Part shown: positions 23,001 through 35,200 of the stretch, in pieces | How positions within the stretch are numbered: position 1 is the first letter of the stretch | How the letters are laid out: every line of letters starts with the position of its first letter | DNA from: Ranitomeya imitator | Lineage: Eukaryota | Assembly (NCBI RefSeq): GCF_032444005.1 | Contig: NC_091283.1 | Location: forward strand, 834,334,001 to 834,398,000 | Length of the DNA stretch: 64,000 bases | Reading direction: 5' to 3' | Position numbers and translations under genes: made by a program | Notes under the pieces: generated by a model | Database searches by the model: none | Seen by the model: only the letters and a program-made list of their open reading frames with translations | Told to the model about the DNA's origin: nothing

Positions 23001-26000
23001 CACTGGGAATCAGCTTGTTGTTAGGTAACCATTCCTTAAAACAAGAAGGGTAAAGGACCCCTGACATATTTTCCAGTTTATAGCCCCTGCCCTTTTGGCT
23101 TTAGGATCCAATTTGCCAAAGAAGAGTGATTAAGTTTATGAGATGATATTTGTCTGGTGGGCGACCGGCGCACGTACCTGGGCCGGTGGGCGACCGGCGC
23201 ACGTACCTGGGCCGGTGGGCGACCGGCGCACGTACCTGGGCCGGTGGGCGACCGACGCACGTACCTGAGCCGGTGGGCGATCGTCGCACGTACCTGAGCT
23301 GGTGGGCAACGGGCGCACGTACCTGGGCTGGTGGGAAACGGGCGCACGTACCTGGGCTGGTGGGCGTGTTACTGGGGGGAGGAGTAACATGATTCGATAT
23401 TGGAGTCGTCAAGGTGGCAGTTGGTGTTGGGATCTTTCCACCAGGAGGAGGAGGAAGCAGAGCGATGCCCCCAGTGCCTGCATTCCCCCGGGGCTTACAG
23501 GAGCCATCTTTCTTCTTTATGTTCTGCTAAAAACACAAAAAAAAAAAAAAAGAGGTTTAAGAAATTGCAAGCATTTTTTTAAAGGAGTTTTGTAAAAACA
23601 GGAAACTATGCGCTCATCCTCTTATTAAAAATCATAGCGGGATTCCTAATTCTATAGTTTACCTCTTGTAGCCTTGGCTACCGGCCACTTCAGCAGTCTT
23701 ATCAGCGATGGCCGTCTCCTAGGCAAGGAGTGCAGCACTTACAAGCCCAGCTACTCTAAAGCTCATCCCAGCTTGAGGGTCCCTGTGCTCCACCAATTCC
23801 GTAGAGATAATGCAGCTTCTTTTTAAAGCTTGGGGGGAGCGTACCACTCAGACCACTGAAATAGGGAGCACAGTGCCCCCCACTGGCAACCAGGAAGTCA
23901 GGAGGACGGAGAGGGGCGCGTTGCCAAAGAAATAGGATGAGAACAAATTGACCCCACATAGGACCCCAAAGCGGAGCGGACATGACGCACATACCCCGAT
24001 GTTCAGCTTGATTGTCTGGCCTTCTTTAAATCCTAAATCCAGCTTGGGTTGATTGTCCTGCCCTTGAGGTTCTTTGGAGAAATCAGATTCCTGCTTCACC
24101 CACCTGTGAGAAGGAAAATGGCAGTATGACTTAGTTTCCTGACATTTTGTCACATTTCTATCAGTTCCTAGTGACAACTATTGCGGCGACCATTCCCCAT
24201 GTGGGGTGGTCCCAGAAAGCTCCCATATTACTTGGGTGTAAATCTGCCCAGTTCTGCAGGGACTCCTATAAGGACAGCGCAGCGCTGTCCCCTGTGGTGG
24301 CGGCCATACTGGTTGTCAGCTAGACAGGAAATGACAGGATCTGATGTTATTAGAGGGGTATTTCCGCCTGTAGGGTGATAGAACGTCACCACGTCACTAT
24401 AAATGGGGTCCGATCTCTGGGACCCCCAGCCAAGTGATGGAACAGGAGCAATGAGGGGGTCACACTGTATACTGCAAGTCTCCTTGTAGGTTTATATTCC
24501 TTACAAGTTGCAGGATTTTTACCAAAGAGTCAAATCTTATACAGGAAATTTTACTGCAAAAAAGAAAAAAAAAGACAAACAAATCCTGTTGTGGCATTAG
24601 AGGGGCACGGACTCGCGCTCACTTGAAGTGATCCTGTAAGGATACATTGAAGTCGAAAGCGTCCCCCCGATCTGCAAACCCGATGCCGATGAAGGCGCTT
24701 CTTCCTGGGGGAGAGAAGTAATGATGAGATGGAGGGAGACGCCGAGATGTGCGGACCCCGGGCTGCCCGTTACCCCACCCGTATGTATATCTGCAGTGCA
24801 CCCCATGGGGGGGGACGATTCCCAGAATTATCCATGAGGGAGGTTATTCCTGCCGTGATGTCATGGCTGCGGTGTGACACATGATGTTGTTAGGAGGCGG
24901 CGTGCAGGGCTTCTGTCCGGTGGCCATGGACTACTGAGGAGGCCGCTGGATCAGGGTCCTGCAAATTGACTCGCTCATCACCAGAATTAACCCTTTAAGG
25001 ACAAGTCCATATTTTTGCATAAGGGGCATGCTTCGTTTTATCTCCCCCATCTTGTACTCCAAATTGGGAAATTCTATTTCTACCAGGATGACATTTGTCC
25101 TGAAAGGGTTAAAGGGAGATCATCTGACAGAGAAGAGATTCTATTCCATCGGGGAGCCTCCTTCCTGACGCTTCCTCCACATCAGCACTTATCACTCACC
25201 GTTTCCGTCCTGAATCCTGATCACAAAGTAACGGCTGGAATCCGTCACCGTCTCCACCGCGATCCCGGGAAACTGATCCACCGGAGCCTGAGCAAAGAGC
25301 TCCCCTGGAGAGAGACGCGAGGTGTGAGGCAGATGGGGCCTCGCTGCAGGGACCGGCTATGACATGAATGGCCGCTCTGTAGGGATCAGTGTAGACCCCA
25401 TAGCGGCCCCCCGTGTGCTCAGCACAGACTGCAAGACCCGACAACGTCACCGAGGCTTGTGCATCCCTCCATCTCCACTAAGAGAAGAAGTCAGTGACCA
25501 GACAGATATCTGGGGTGTCAGCGTCCCACGCCCGCACTGTTACCCCCGACACGTCCATGTCATACCCCGCTCTGTATAATGAGGGGCGACAGCTCTCTAA
25601 TAGGCTCAATTCTTCACCATTTCCAAGATGTCTGATTGATGTCACTCAATAATCCCTCCCCGAAAAAAGGAGGCGACGGGGCAGAGAGGGAGGAGAATAG
25701 AAAGCGGGCGCAGAGGGAGGGATAAGATGACAGGAGGTGTAATGGGGGGGTGAGATGACGGGAGGTGTAGTGGGGGGGTGAGATGACGGGAGGTGTAGTG
25801 GGGGGGTGAGATGACGGGAGGTGTAGTGGGGGGGTGAGATGACGGGAGGTGTAGTGGGGGGGTGAGATGACGGGAGGTGTAGTGGGGGGGTGAGATGACA
25901 GGAGGTGTAGTGGGGGGTGAGATGATGGGAGGTGTAGTGGGGGGGGTGAGATGATGGGAGGTGTAGTGGGGGGGGGGGGTGAGATGATGGGAGGTGTAGT

Positions 26001-29000
26001 GGGGGGTGAGATGATGGGAGGTGTAGTGGGGGGTGAGATGATGGGAGGTGTAGTGGGGGGGGTGAGATGATGGGAGGTGTAGTGGGGGGGGTGAGATGAT
26101 GGGAGGTGCAGTGGGGGGGGGGTGAGATGATGGGAGGTGTAGTGGGGGGTGAGATGATGGGAGGTGTAGTGGGGGGTGAGATGATGGGAGGTGTAGTGGG
26201 GGGTGAGATGATGGGAGGTGTAGTGGGGGGGTGAGATGACGGGATGTGTAGTGGGGGGGGTGAGATGACGGGAGGTGTAGTGGGGGGTGAGATGACGGGA
26301 GGTGTAGTGGGGGGGGTGAGATGATGGGAGGTGTAGTGGGGGGGGTGAGATGATGGGAGGTGTAGTGGGGGGGGGGTGAGATGATGGGAGGTGGGGGGGG
26401 GGGGTGAGATGATGGGAGGTGCAGTGGGGGGTGAGATGATGGGAGGTGTAGTGGGGGGTGAGATGATGGGAGGTGTAGTGGGGGGTGAGATGATGGGAGG
26501 TGTAGTGGGGGGTGAGATGATGGGAGGTGTAGTGGGGGGGTGAGATGATGGGAGGTGTAGTGGGGGGGTGAGATGATGGGAGGTGTAGTGGGGGGGTGAG
26601 ATGATGGGAGGTGTAGTGGGGGGGTGAGATGATGGGAGGTGTAGTGGGGGGTGAGATGATGGGAGGTGTAGTGGGGGGTGAGATGATGGGAGGTGTAGTG
26701 GGGGGTGAGATGATGGGAGGTGTAGTGGGGGGGTGAGATGATGGGAGGTGTAGTGGGGGGGTGAGATGATGGGAGGTGTAGTGGGGGGGTGAGATGATGG
26801 GAGGTGTAGTGGGGGGGTGAGATGATGGGAGGTGTAGTGGGGGGGTGAGATGATGGGAGGTGTAGTGGGGGGGGGTGAGATGATGGGAGGTGCAGTGGGG
26901 GGTGAGATGATGGGAGGTGTAGTGGGGGGTGAGATGATGGGAGGTGTAGTGGGGGGTGAGATGATGGGAGGTGTAGTGGGGGGTGAGATGATGGGAGGTG
27001 TAGTGGGGGGTGAGATGATGGGAGGTGCAGTGGGGGGTGAGATGATGGGAGGTGTAGTGGGGGGTGAGATGATGGGAGGTGTAGTGGGGGGTGAGATGAT
27101 GGGAGGTGTAGTGGGGGGTGAGATGATGGGAGGTGTAGTGGGGGGTGAGATGATGGGAGGTGTAGTGGGGGGTGAGATGATGGGAGGTGTAGTGGGGGGT
27201 GAGATGATGGGAGGTGTAGTGGGGGGTGAGATGATGGGAGGTGCAGTGGGGGGTGAGATGATGGGAGGTGTAGTGGGGGGTGAGATGATGGGAGGTGTAG
27301 TGGGGGGTGAGATGATGGGAGGTGTAGTGGGGGGTGAGATGATGGGAGGTGCAGTGGGGGGTGAGATGATGGGAGGTGCAGTGGGGGGTGAGATGATGGG
27401 AGGTGCAGTGGGGGGTGAGATGACGGGAGGTGTAGTGGGGGGTGAGATGATGGGAGGTGCAGTGGGGGGGGGGGGTGAGATGATGGGAGGTGTAGTGGGG
27501 GGTGAGATGATGGGAGGTGTAGTGGGGGGGGTGAGATGACGGGAGGTGTAGTGGGGGGGGTGAGATGATGGGAGGTGTAGTGGGGGGTGAGATGATGGGA
27601 GGTGTAGTGGGGGGGGTGAGATGACGGGAGGTGTAGTGGGGGGTGAGATGATGGGAGGTGTAGTGGGGGGTGAGATGATGGGAGGTGCAGTGGGGGGGGG
27701 GGGGTGAGATGATGGGAGGTGTAGTGGGGGGTGAGATGATGGGAGGTGTAGTGGGGGGGGTGAGATGACGGGAGGTGTAGTGGGGGGGGTGAGATGATGG
27801 GAGGTGTAGTGGGGGGTGAGATGATGGGAGGTGTAGTGGGGGGTGAGATGATGGGAGGTGTAGTGGGGGGGGTGAGATGACGGGAGGTGTAGTGGGGGGT
27901 GAGATGATGGGAGGTGTAGTGGGGGGTGAGATGATGGGAGGTGTAGTGGGGGGTGAGATGATGGGAGGTGTAGTGGGGGGGGGGGGTGAGATGATGGGAG
28001 GTGCAGTGGGGGGTGAGATGATGGGAGGTGTAGTGGGGGGTGAGATGATGGGAGGTGCAGTGGGGGGTGAGATGATGGGAGGTGCAGTGGGGGGTGAGAT
28101 GATGGGAGGTGTAGTGGGGGGTGAGATGATGGGAGGTGTAGTGGGGGGTGAGATGATGGGAGGTGTAGTGGGGGGTGAGATGATGGGAGGTGTAGTGGGG
28201 GGTGAGATGATGGGAGGTGTAGTGGGGGGTGAGATGATGGGAGGTGTAGTGGGGGGTGAGATGATGGGAGGTGTAGTGGGGGGTGAGATGATGGGAGGTG
28301 TAGTGGGGGGTGAGATGATGGGAGGTGTAGTGGGGGGTGAGATGATGGGAGGTGTAGTGGGGGGTGAGATGATGGGAGGTGTAGTGGGGGGTGAGATGAT
28401 GGGAGGTGTAGTGGGGGGTGAGATGATGGGAGGTGTAGTGGGGGGTGAGATGATGGGAGGTGTAGTGGGGGGTGAGATGATGGGAGGTGTAGTGGGGGGT
28501 GAGATGACGGGAGGTGTAGTGGGGGGGTGAGATGATGGGAGGTGTAGTGGGGGGTGAGATGACGGGAGGTGTAGTGGGGGGGGGTGAGATGATGGGAGGT
28601 GTAGTGGGGGGTGAGATGATGGGAGGTGTAGTGGGGGGGGTGAGATGATGGGAGGTGTAGTGGGGGGGTGAGATGACGGGAGGTGTAGTGGGGGGGGGTG
28701 AGATGATGGGAGGTGTAGTGGGGGGGTGAGATGACGGGAGGTGTAGTGGGGGGGGTGAGATGACGGGAGGTGTAGTGGGGGGTGAGATGATGGGAGGTGT
28801 AGTGGGGGGGTGAGATGACGGGAGGTGTAGTGGGGGGGGGTGAGATGATGGGAGGTGTAGTGGGGGGGTGAGATGACGGGAGGTGTAGTCGGGGTTGTCG
28901 GTACCTGACACCTTGTCCTCCAGTTTGATGAAGGCCACTTTCCCCTTGGAGGTCAGCCGCATCCTCCCTGTCCAGTCCGGCTGATCCAGCTTCCAGTCCG

Positions 29001-29171
29001 AGGCCCTGAGGACACACCGTGCAGTCAGGACTATGGTGACCCAGCGCCCTGTCCACACTGCTGCTCCGCCTCTCACCTGTAGCCCCGGTTGGACGCTCTC
29101 GGCGGGATCCGGTATACGCTGATCTCAGGCTTCACACACAGCACGGACTCGTACTCAGCCTCCGCCGCCAT
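19971..29171 (-). CDS. NECAP1: Adaptin ear-binding coat-associated protein 1 (NECAP1), whole spliced CDS
   Basis: complement join(29171-29077,29005-28905,25304-25200,24704-24623,24103-23995,23523-23352,22880-22790,20019-19971) = 804 nt = 267 aa + stop. Starts [46 protein letters not shown] (PHear domain) and ends in the WVQF AP-2 binding motif. NECAP1 rather than NECAP2 by sequence and by adjacency to C3AR1. Confidence 0.95.
20422..22777. repeat. 86-bp tandem repeat (possibly Xstir-like) in NECAP1 intron 7
   Basis: Unit TGATCCTGAGTTACATCCTGTATTATACTCCAGAGCTGCACTCACTATTCTGCTGGTGCAGTCACTGTGTACATACATTACATTAC; interrupted at 21242-21895. The Xstir label rests on unit length only. Confidence 0.9.
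21244..21895. mobile_element. Foldback insertion with ~258-bp inverted arms
   Basis: Arms 21244-21501 and 21638-21895; 14-bp flanking duplication GCAGTCACTG(T/A)GTA. Confidence 0.85.
22790..22880 (-). CDS. NECAP1: NECAP1 exon 7
   Basis: [30 protein letters not shown]. Confidence 0.93.
23157..23365 (-). repeat. 29-nt minisatellite, each unit containing CAG|GTACGT
   Basis: GTACCT (plus strand) at 23174, 23203, 23232, 23261, 23290, 23319 and 23348. Confidence 0.95.
23352..23523 (-). CDS. NECAP1: NECAP1 exon 6
   Basis: NIKKKDG...[11 protein letters not shown]...[16 protein letters not shown]; TAGCAG tandem acceptor (alternative start 23526); the donor is the first of seven repeated copies. Confidence 0.88.
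23995..24103 (-). CDS. NECAP1: NECAP1 exon 5
   Basis: [36 protein letters not shown]. Confidence 0.95.
24623..24704 (-). CDS. NECAP1: NECAP1 exon 4
   Basis: [28 protein letters not shown]. Confidence 0.96.
24991..25108. mobile_element. piggyBac-type mini-MITE in NECAP1 intron 3
   Basis: TTAA-CCCTTTAAGGACAA ... TTGTCCTGAAAGGG-TTAA (13/14 TIR match, TTAA TSD). Confidence 0.75.
25200..25304 (-). CDS. NECAP1: NECAP1 exon 3
   Basis: [35 protein letters not shown]. Confidence 0.95.
25727..28890. repeat. 27-nt G-rich minisatellite (GAGATGATGGGAGGTGTAGTGGGGGGT)n in NECAP1 intron 2
   Basis: About 115 units with a variable G tract; fills about 3.2 kb of a 3.6-kb intron. Confidence 0.97.
28905..29005 (-). 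CDS. NECAP1: NECAP1 exon 2
   Basis: [34 protein letters not shown](G); follows a 71-nt intron 1. Confidence 0.95.
29077..29171 (-). CDS. NECAP1: NECAP1 exon 1
   Basis: [31 protein letters not shown](R); donor GTGAGA. Confidence 0.95.
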
Positions 29172-29320
29172 CTTTACCGAACCTACCTACCAGCTGACAG
29201 CCCGACTTCCGTCGTCACCATGGAGACAGCATCCGGCCGCCATCTTCACCGTCACCTGAGACACGTGACAACAGACGCCGCATTCCAGCTCTACAGGTGA
29301 CGTCATGTGCAGTACCGACA
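29172..29320 (-). promoter_or_regulatory. NECAP1 CpG-rich housekeeping-type promoter
   Basis: YY1-type AAGATGGCGG at the ATG and at 29235-29246; ETS CGGAAGT at 29205-29211; full CRE TGACGTCA at 29298-29305; locally high CpG. Confidence 0.6.
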
Positions 29321-30728
29321 TGCGGACTGTGAGTGTCGCTGTCGGACTCCTGGCGATCTGTGTCTCTGTTATTGCTCGGTTTCGCCTCAGCTACAGTGTA
29401 AATGCCGTGATGCGACAGCGACGCCCACAGGCCGTAGACAGAACTGACGAGGTGCAATCTTCACCCGCTCCCGTATATCGGCTGTGAAGATGCAGAAAAA
29501 GCAAACAAGGCGTCCAGCCGTGACAGAAAACGTCACCAACGTGTTCACACCGCGTACAAGGTTCCAGGGACAGTAAAAATATCGCATCAAGGCAAAACTG
29601 ACCCGTTTCAGACATAGAACTGTCGTTATACATGGGACGGCCTGGGATTTTCTATGTCTGAAAAGCCCCATTTTGCCTTGGTGCAATATTTTAATGCCCC
29701 TGGAACCTATTTAGCTGTTACTAATAAAGTGGTAAAGTTTTATTTTCACTCGGCTCGACACCTTCGTCTTCTTCATAGAGGGCCCTGTGTCGGATGCGTC
29801 CTCACTTAGTCATCAAACACTACAAGTCCCAGCATGTACAAACACACCATGGTCTGCTGGGGAGAGATGAGAGTCCGCAAACAAAAAAAATGTTTGAAAT
29901 AAAACGTTCTAATTTTTCTGACCATTTAAACAAAATATTAATAAATGTCTGTAAAAGTCTGAACGTCTCCATTCACTGAGAGCAAGCAGAGGTCCTGAAG
30001 ATGAAGCATTGAGGCCAGACATTTATTAGAGAATTGCATCTCTGACATTTGTATGTTTTTCCATTTCGGCGTTCACCGCGTCAGATAAATACGATGTTAT
30101 ATTAGTTTTTTCGAGGGGTTAAACCCGCGATCGTTCTACAATACACAGAGATCCGGTAATAACGCAGCGGATTGTGAACTCACCCATCTCCAACGGATCC
30201 GAGCCACAGGCCTCATAGGTGCACAAACATGGCGGACGCGGGGCCCTCCAGTAGCCCCCTGGCTTCCATGACAATGCCATCAGCACATCACAATCATGGC
30301 AGGTTGGAAAGGACCGCGTCCCCCATTATTAAACTCCTAATTGTCGCAGGCGCGATTGACAGTATTTACATTTGTACTTATTTATGGGGCTGGTTTGGGG
30401 GTCTGTTTTTAGAGTGTCTAGGGTTGTATTTATTTAAGGGGTCTGTTCTGGAGTCTTTTTTAGCGTGTCTAGCCTCTGTTTTTGGAGGCTCTTGGTTCAT
30501 GTATGACCTATGCTTTTAAAGGCTGTGTATTTGCAGGAGGATTTGGGTTTGCAGTTTTTAGGGGGTCGGTGTTTGGAGTCTGAGCTAGTATTTGTTTACG
30601 GAGTTTGATGTCACTATTTGTTTTTTTTTAGTGGGGTTGGGGTCTATGTTTATAGGGTCAGGATTTCTATATTTTAGGGGGTCTGTTCTGGGGTAAAAAA
30701 TATTTTTTAAATAAAATATATATATAAG

Positions 30729-31368
30729 TGTCACAGGGTTACCGCGACAGTGTGGACCAGAAGACCACAGCGTCTGATTGCTCCTACTCCGGCGCTGAGA
30801 AGAAGCACTTCTCCTTCATTTTAAATGTGTTTATTTCTTCTGGCAGAACAGGGGTTAATCGGCCATATTGGAAATCCCTGTGCTCGGTTAGCCACTCCCT
30901 TCCCCTTTATAATCTGGGCTCTGTTACAAATCCTTGTCAGAGTTAGCATTTGCTGCATGGCTAATGGAGGGAGAGGAGTTCATATGAGAAGGAGAGTTGA
31001 AGGAGTTATTAGTGACTGTTGATTGGTTTGTATGTGTGGTAACTCCCTATCCTTCTCTATTTAGTTTTTTTCCCCTACCTTCACACTCCGGTGCATTCCT
31101 CTGTTATATGTGAGTGAATGTTTTGTATTCCTGGAGTGTTTTGTTGACCCTTGTCTGTGTTGCCTTGTTTGTTGGGTTGGTGTACTACAGTGCACAGTAG
31201 CGCCCCTCTTCCCTGGGTGGGGGAAGGGAACAGACGTAGGCCTGTTGTAGGAGATAAGGCAAGGGCAGAGGCGCCTGCATCTCCACCTTCAGAAGTATCC
31301 CGGGGAGCAGGGCGCCTCCTAGTGTTAGGGCCAGGGAAGGAGTCCCAGGTCACCCGACAGCTGTGACA
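30729..31368. mobile_element. Solo LTR (640 bp)
   Basis: TGTCACAG...CTGTGACA termini; perfect 5-bp TSD ATAAG at 30724-30728 and 31369-31373. Confidence 0.9.
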
Positions 31369-32224
31369 ATAAGTTTATACTCCCGCATCCCCTTTTCCAA
31401 GTACGTTAACAGAATATAAAAAAAAGGAAAAAACAAAGAAACATTTGTTACGCAACTGTCCCTACTGATATTAGAGTATCTATCAGTTATGGTGAATGTA
31501 AAATTCAGTAAAAAAAAATTGAAATGGCGGAATTGTTGTTTTATGGACATTTCGACCTCCCCAAAAAAATGGTATTAAAAGATCAGAAAGTTTTATGGAT
31601 ACCAAAATGGTGACCACAAAAACGATGGCTTTACTGGAAAATACAAGACAGGACGTAAAATGAAAAAGTGATCGCCCTGAGAAGGTGAGGAGGAAAAGAT
31701 GAAATAGAAAAGGAGGGAACCCTGCCTGGGCCTAGGCCGCCCCACAATCAGTGTCACCACCAAGACTTTCCAAAATTTCCTAATACAATTCTGTCATGTA
31801 CGGCCAATGCCGCGAGGTGAAAAGGGACCAGAACTGTAAGAAGGTCGGTGCTGAGATGAGACGCTGCTGCTGCTTCCCGTTTTTCCCCAGAGATTTATCT
31901 CTGAATCAGCAGTTTCTGCATTTGCATTAAATGTATTTTTAGATTTTGGCCTAAAATGTCGAAGAAAAGCAGAAGTTTAATGCGAGTTCTGGTTTGTCAC
32001 ATGGCGGCCGCTTCCCACACAGCGGCTTTCAGCGGCTCCAATAATGGATAGGATCTGCCACTGCATGGAAAAGACACAGAAAGCGAGAGTCTGGGCAGGA
32101 AGCTGCCGCCATTCAAAGAAGCCGACCTGAAGATTTGTCTGCGGCTGATTAAGCAGAATCTCAGGCTATCGGCTCCATATTGTGTGCAGGATCCTCTACA
32201 GACCCCAGATCAGACACCTACAAC

Positions 32225-35200
32225 AACAAATACAAGCCCAGAACCCCCAAATATAGACCCCGCAACCAGCCCCTATAAACAAATACCAAACCCAGACCCC
32301 CCAAATATAGACCCTGCAACCAGCCACTATAAACTAATACCAAACCCAGACCCTCCAAATATATACAACACAACCAGCCCCTATAAACAAATACAAAACC
32401 CAGACCCTCCAAAAATAGACCCTGCAACCAGCCACTATAAGAAAATACAAAACCCAGACCCTCCAAATATATACAACACAACCAGCCCCTATAAACAAAT
32501 ACAAACCCAGAACCTCCAAATATATACAACGCAACCAGCCCCTATAAACAAATACAAACCCAGAACCTCCAAATATAGACCCCACAACCAGCCCCTGTAA
32601 ACAAATGTAAAACCCAGACCCTCCAAATATATACAACGCAACCAGCCCCTATAAACAAATACAAAACCCAGAACCCCCAAATATAGACCCCGCAACCAGC
32701 CCCTATAAACAAATACAAACACAGAACCTCCAAATATATACAACACAACCAGCCCCTGTAAACAAATACAAAACCCAGACCCTTCAAATATAGACCCCGC
32801 AACCAGCCCCTATAAACATATACAAGCCCAGACCCTCCAAATATAGACCCCGCAACCAGCCCCTAAAAACAAATACAAGCCCAGACCCTCCAAATATATA
32901 CAACACAACCAGCCCCTATAAACAAATACAAAACCCAGACCCTTCAAATATAGACCCCACAACCAGCCCCTATAAACAAATACAAAACCCAGACCCTCCA
33001 AATATAGACCCCACAACCAGCCCCTGTAAACAAATGTAAAACCCAGACCCTCCAAATATATACAACACAACCAGCCCCTATAAACAAATACAAAACCCAG
33101 ACCCTTCAAATATATACAACACAACCAGCCCCTATAAACAAATACAAAACCCAGACCCTTCAAATATAGACCCCACAACCAGGCCCTATAAACAAATACA
33201 AAACCCAGACCCTCCAAATATAGACCCCACAACCAGCCCCTGTAAACAAATGTAAAACCCAGACCCTCCAAATATATACAACACAACCAGCCCCTATAAA
33301 CAAATACAAAACCCAGACCCTTCAAATATATACAACACAACCAGCCCCTATAAACAAATACAAAACCCAGACCCTCCAAATATAGACCCTGCAACCAGCC
33401 CCTATAAACAAATACAAAACCCAGACCCTCCAAATATATACAACACAACCAGCCCCTGTAAACAAATACAAAACCCAGACCCTTCAAATATATACAACAC
33501 AACCAGCCCCTATAAACAAATACAAAACCCAGACCCTTCAAATATAGACCCCACAACCAGCCCCTATAAACAAATACAAAACCCAGACCCTCCAAATATA
33601 GACCCTGCAACCAGCCCCTATAAACAAATACAAAACCCAGACCCTCCAAATATATACAACACAACCAGCCCCTGTAAACAAATACAAAACCCAGACCCTT
33701 CAAATATATACAACACAACCAGCCCCTATAAACAAATACAAAACCCAGACCCTTCAAATATAGACCCCACAACCAGCCCCTATAAACAAATACAAAACCC
33801 AGACCCTCCAAATATAGACCCTGCAACCAGCCCCTATAAACAAATACAAAACCCAGACCCTCCAAATATATACAACACAACCAACCCCTGTAAACAAATA
33901 CAAAACCCAGACCCTTCAAATATAGACCCCGCAACCAGCCCCTATAAATAAATACAAGCCCAGACCCTCCAAATATATACAACACAACCAGCCCCTATAA
34001 ACAAATACAAAACCCAGACCCTTCAAATATAGACCCCACAACCAGCCCCTATAAACAAATACAAAACCCAGACCCTTCAAATATATACAACACAACCAGC
34101 CCCTATAAACAAATACAAAATCCAGACCCTTCAAATATAGACCCCACAACCAGCCCCTATAAACAAATACAAAACCCAGACCCTCCAAATATAGACCCTG
34201 CAACCAGCCCCTATAAACAAATACAAAACCCAGACCCTCCAAATATATACAACACAACCAGCCCCTATAAACAAATACAAAACCCAGACCCTTCAAATAT
34301 ATACAACACAACCAGCCCCTATAAACAAATACAAAACCCAGACCCTTCAAATATAGACCCCACAACCAGCCCCTATAAACAAATACAAAACCCAGACCCT
34401 CCAAATATAGACCCTGCAACCAGCCCCTATAAACAAATACAAAACCCAGACCCTCCAAATATATACAACACAACCAGCTCCTGTAAACAAATACAAAACC
34501 CAGACCCTCCAAATATATACAACACAACCAGCCCCTGTAAACAAATACAAAACCCAGACCCTCCAAATATATACAACACAACCAGCCCCTGTAAACAAAT
34601 ACAAAACCCAGACCCTCCAAATATATACAACACAACCAGCCCCTATAAACAAATACAAAACCCAGACCCTTCAAATATAGACCCCACAACCAGCCCCTAT
34701 AAACAAATACAAAACCCAGACCCTCCAAATATAGACCCCACAACCAGCCCCTGTAAACAAATGTAAAACCCAGACCCTCCAAATATATACAACACAACCA
34801 GCCCCTATAAACAAATACAAAACCCAGACCCTTCAAATATATACAACACAACCAGCCCCTATAAACAAATACAAAATCCAGACCCTTCAAATATAGACCC
34901 CACAACCAGCCCCTATAAACAAATACAAAACCCAGACCCTCCAAATATAGACCCTGCAACCAGCCCCTATAAACAAATACAAAACCCAGACCCTCCAAAT
35001 ATATACAACACAACCAGCCCCTATAAACAAATACAAAACCCAGACCCTTCAAATATATACAACACAACCAGCCCCTATAAACAAATACAAAACCCAGACC
35101 CTTCAAATATAGACCCCACAACCAGCCCCTATAAACAAATACAAAACCCAGACCCTCCAAATATAGACCCTGCAACCAGCCCCTATAAACAAATACAAAA

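Noticed and set aside
25642-29076. 1144-aa and 1136-aa minus-strand ORFs and the plus-strand (GGEMM)n ORFs
   Set aside because: Stop-free translations of the 27-nt minisatellite. Only 28905-29005 is real coding sequence (NECAP1 exon 2), bounded by canonical splice sites.
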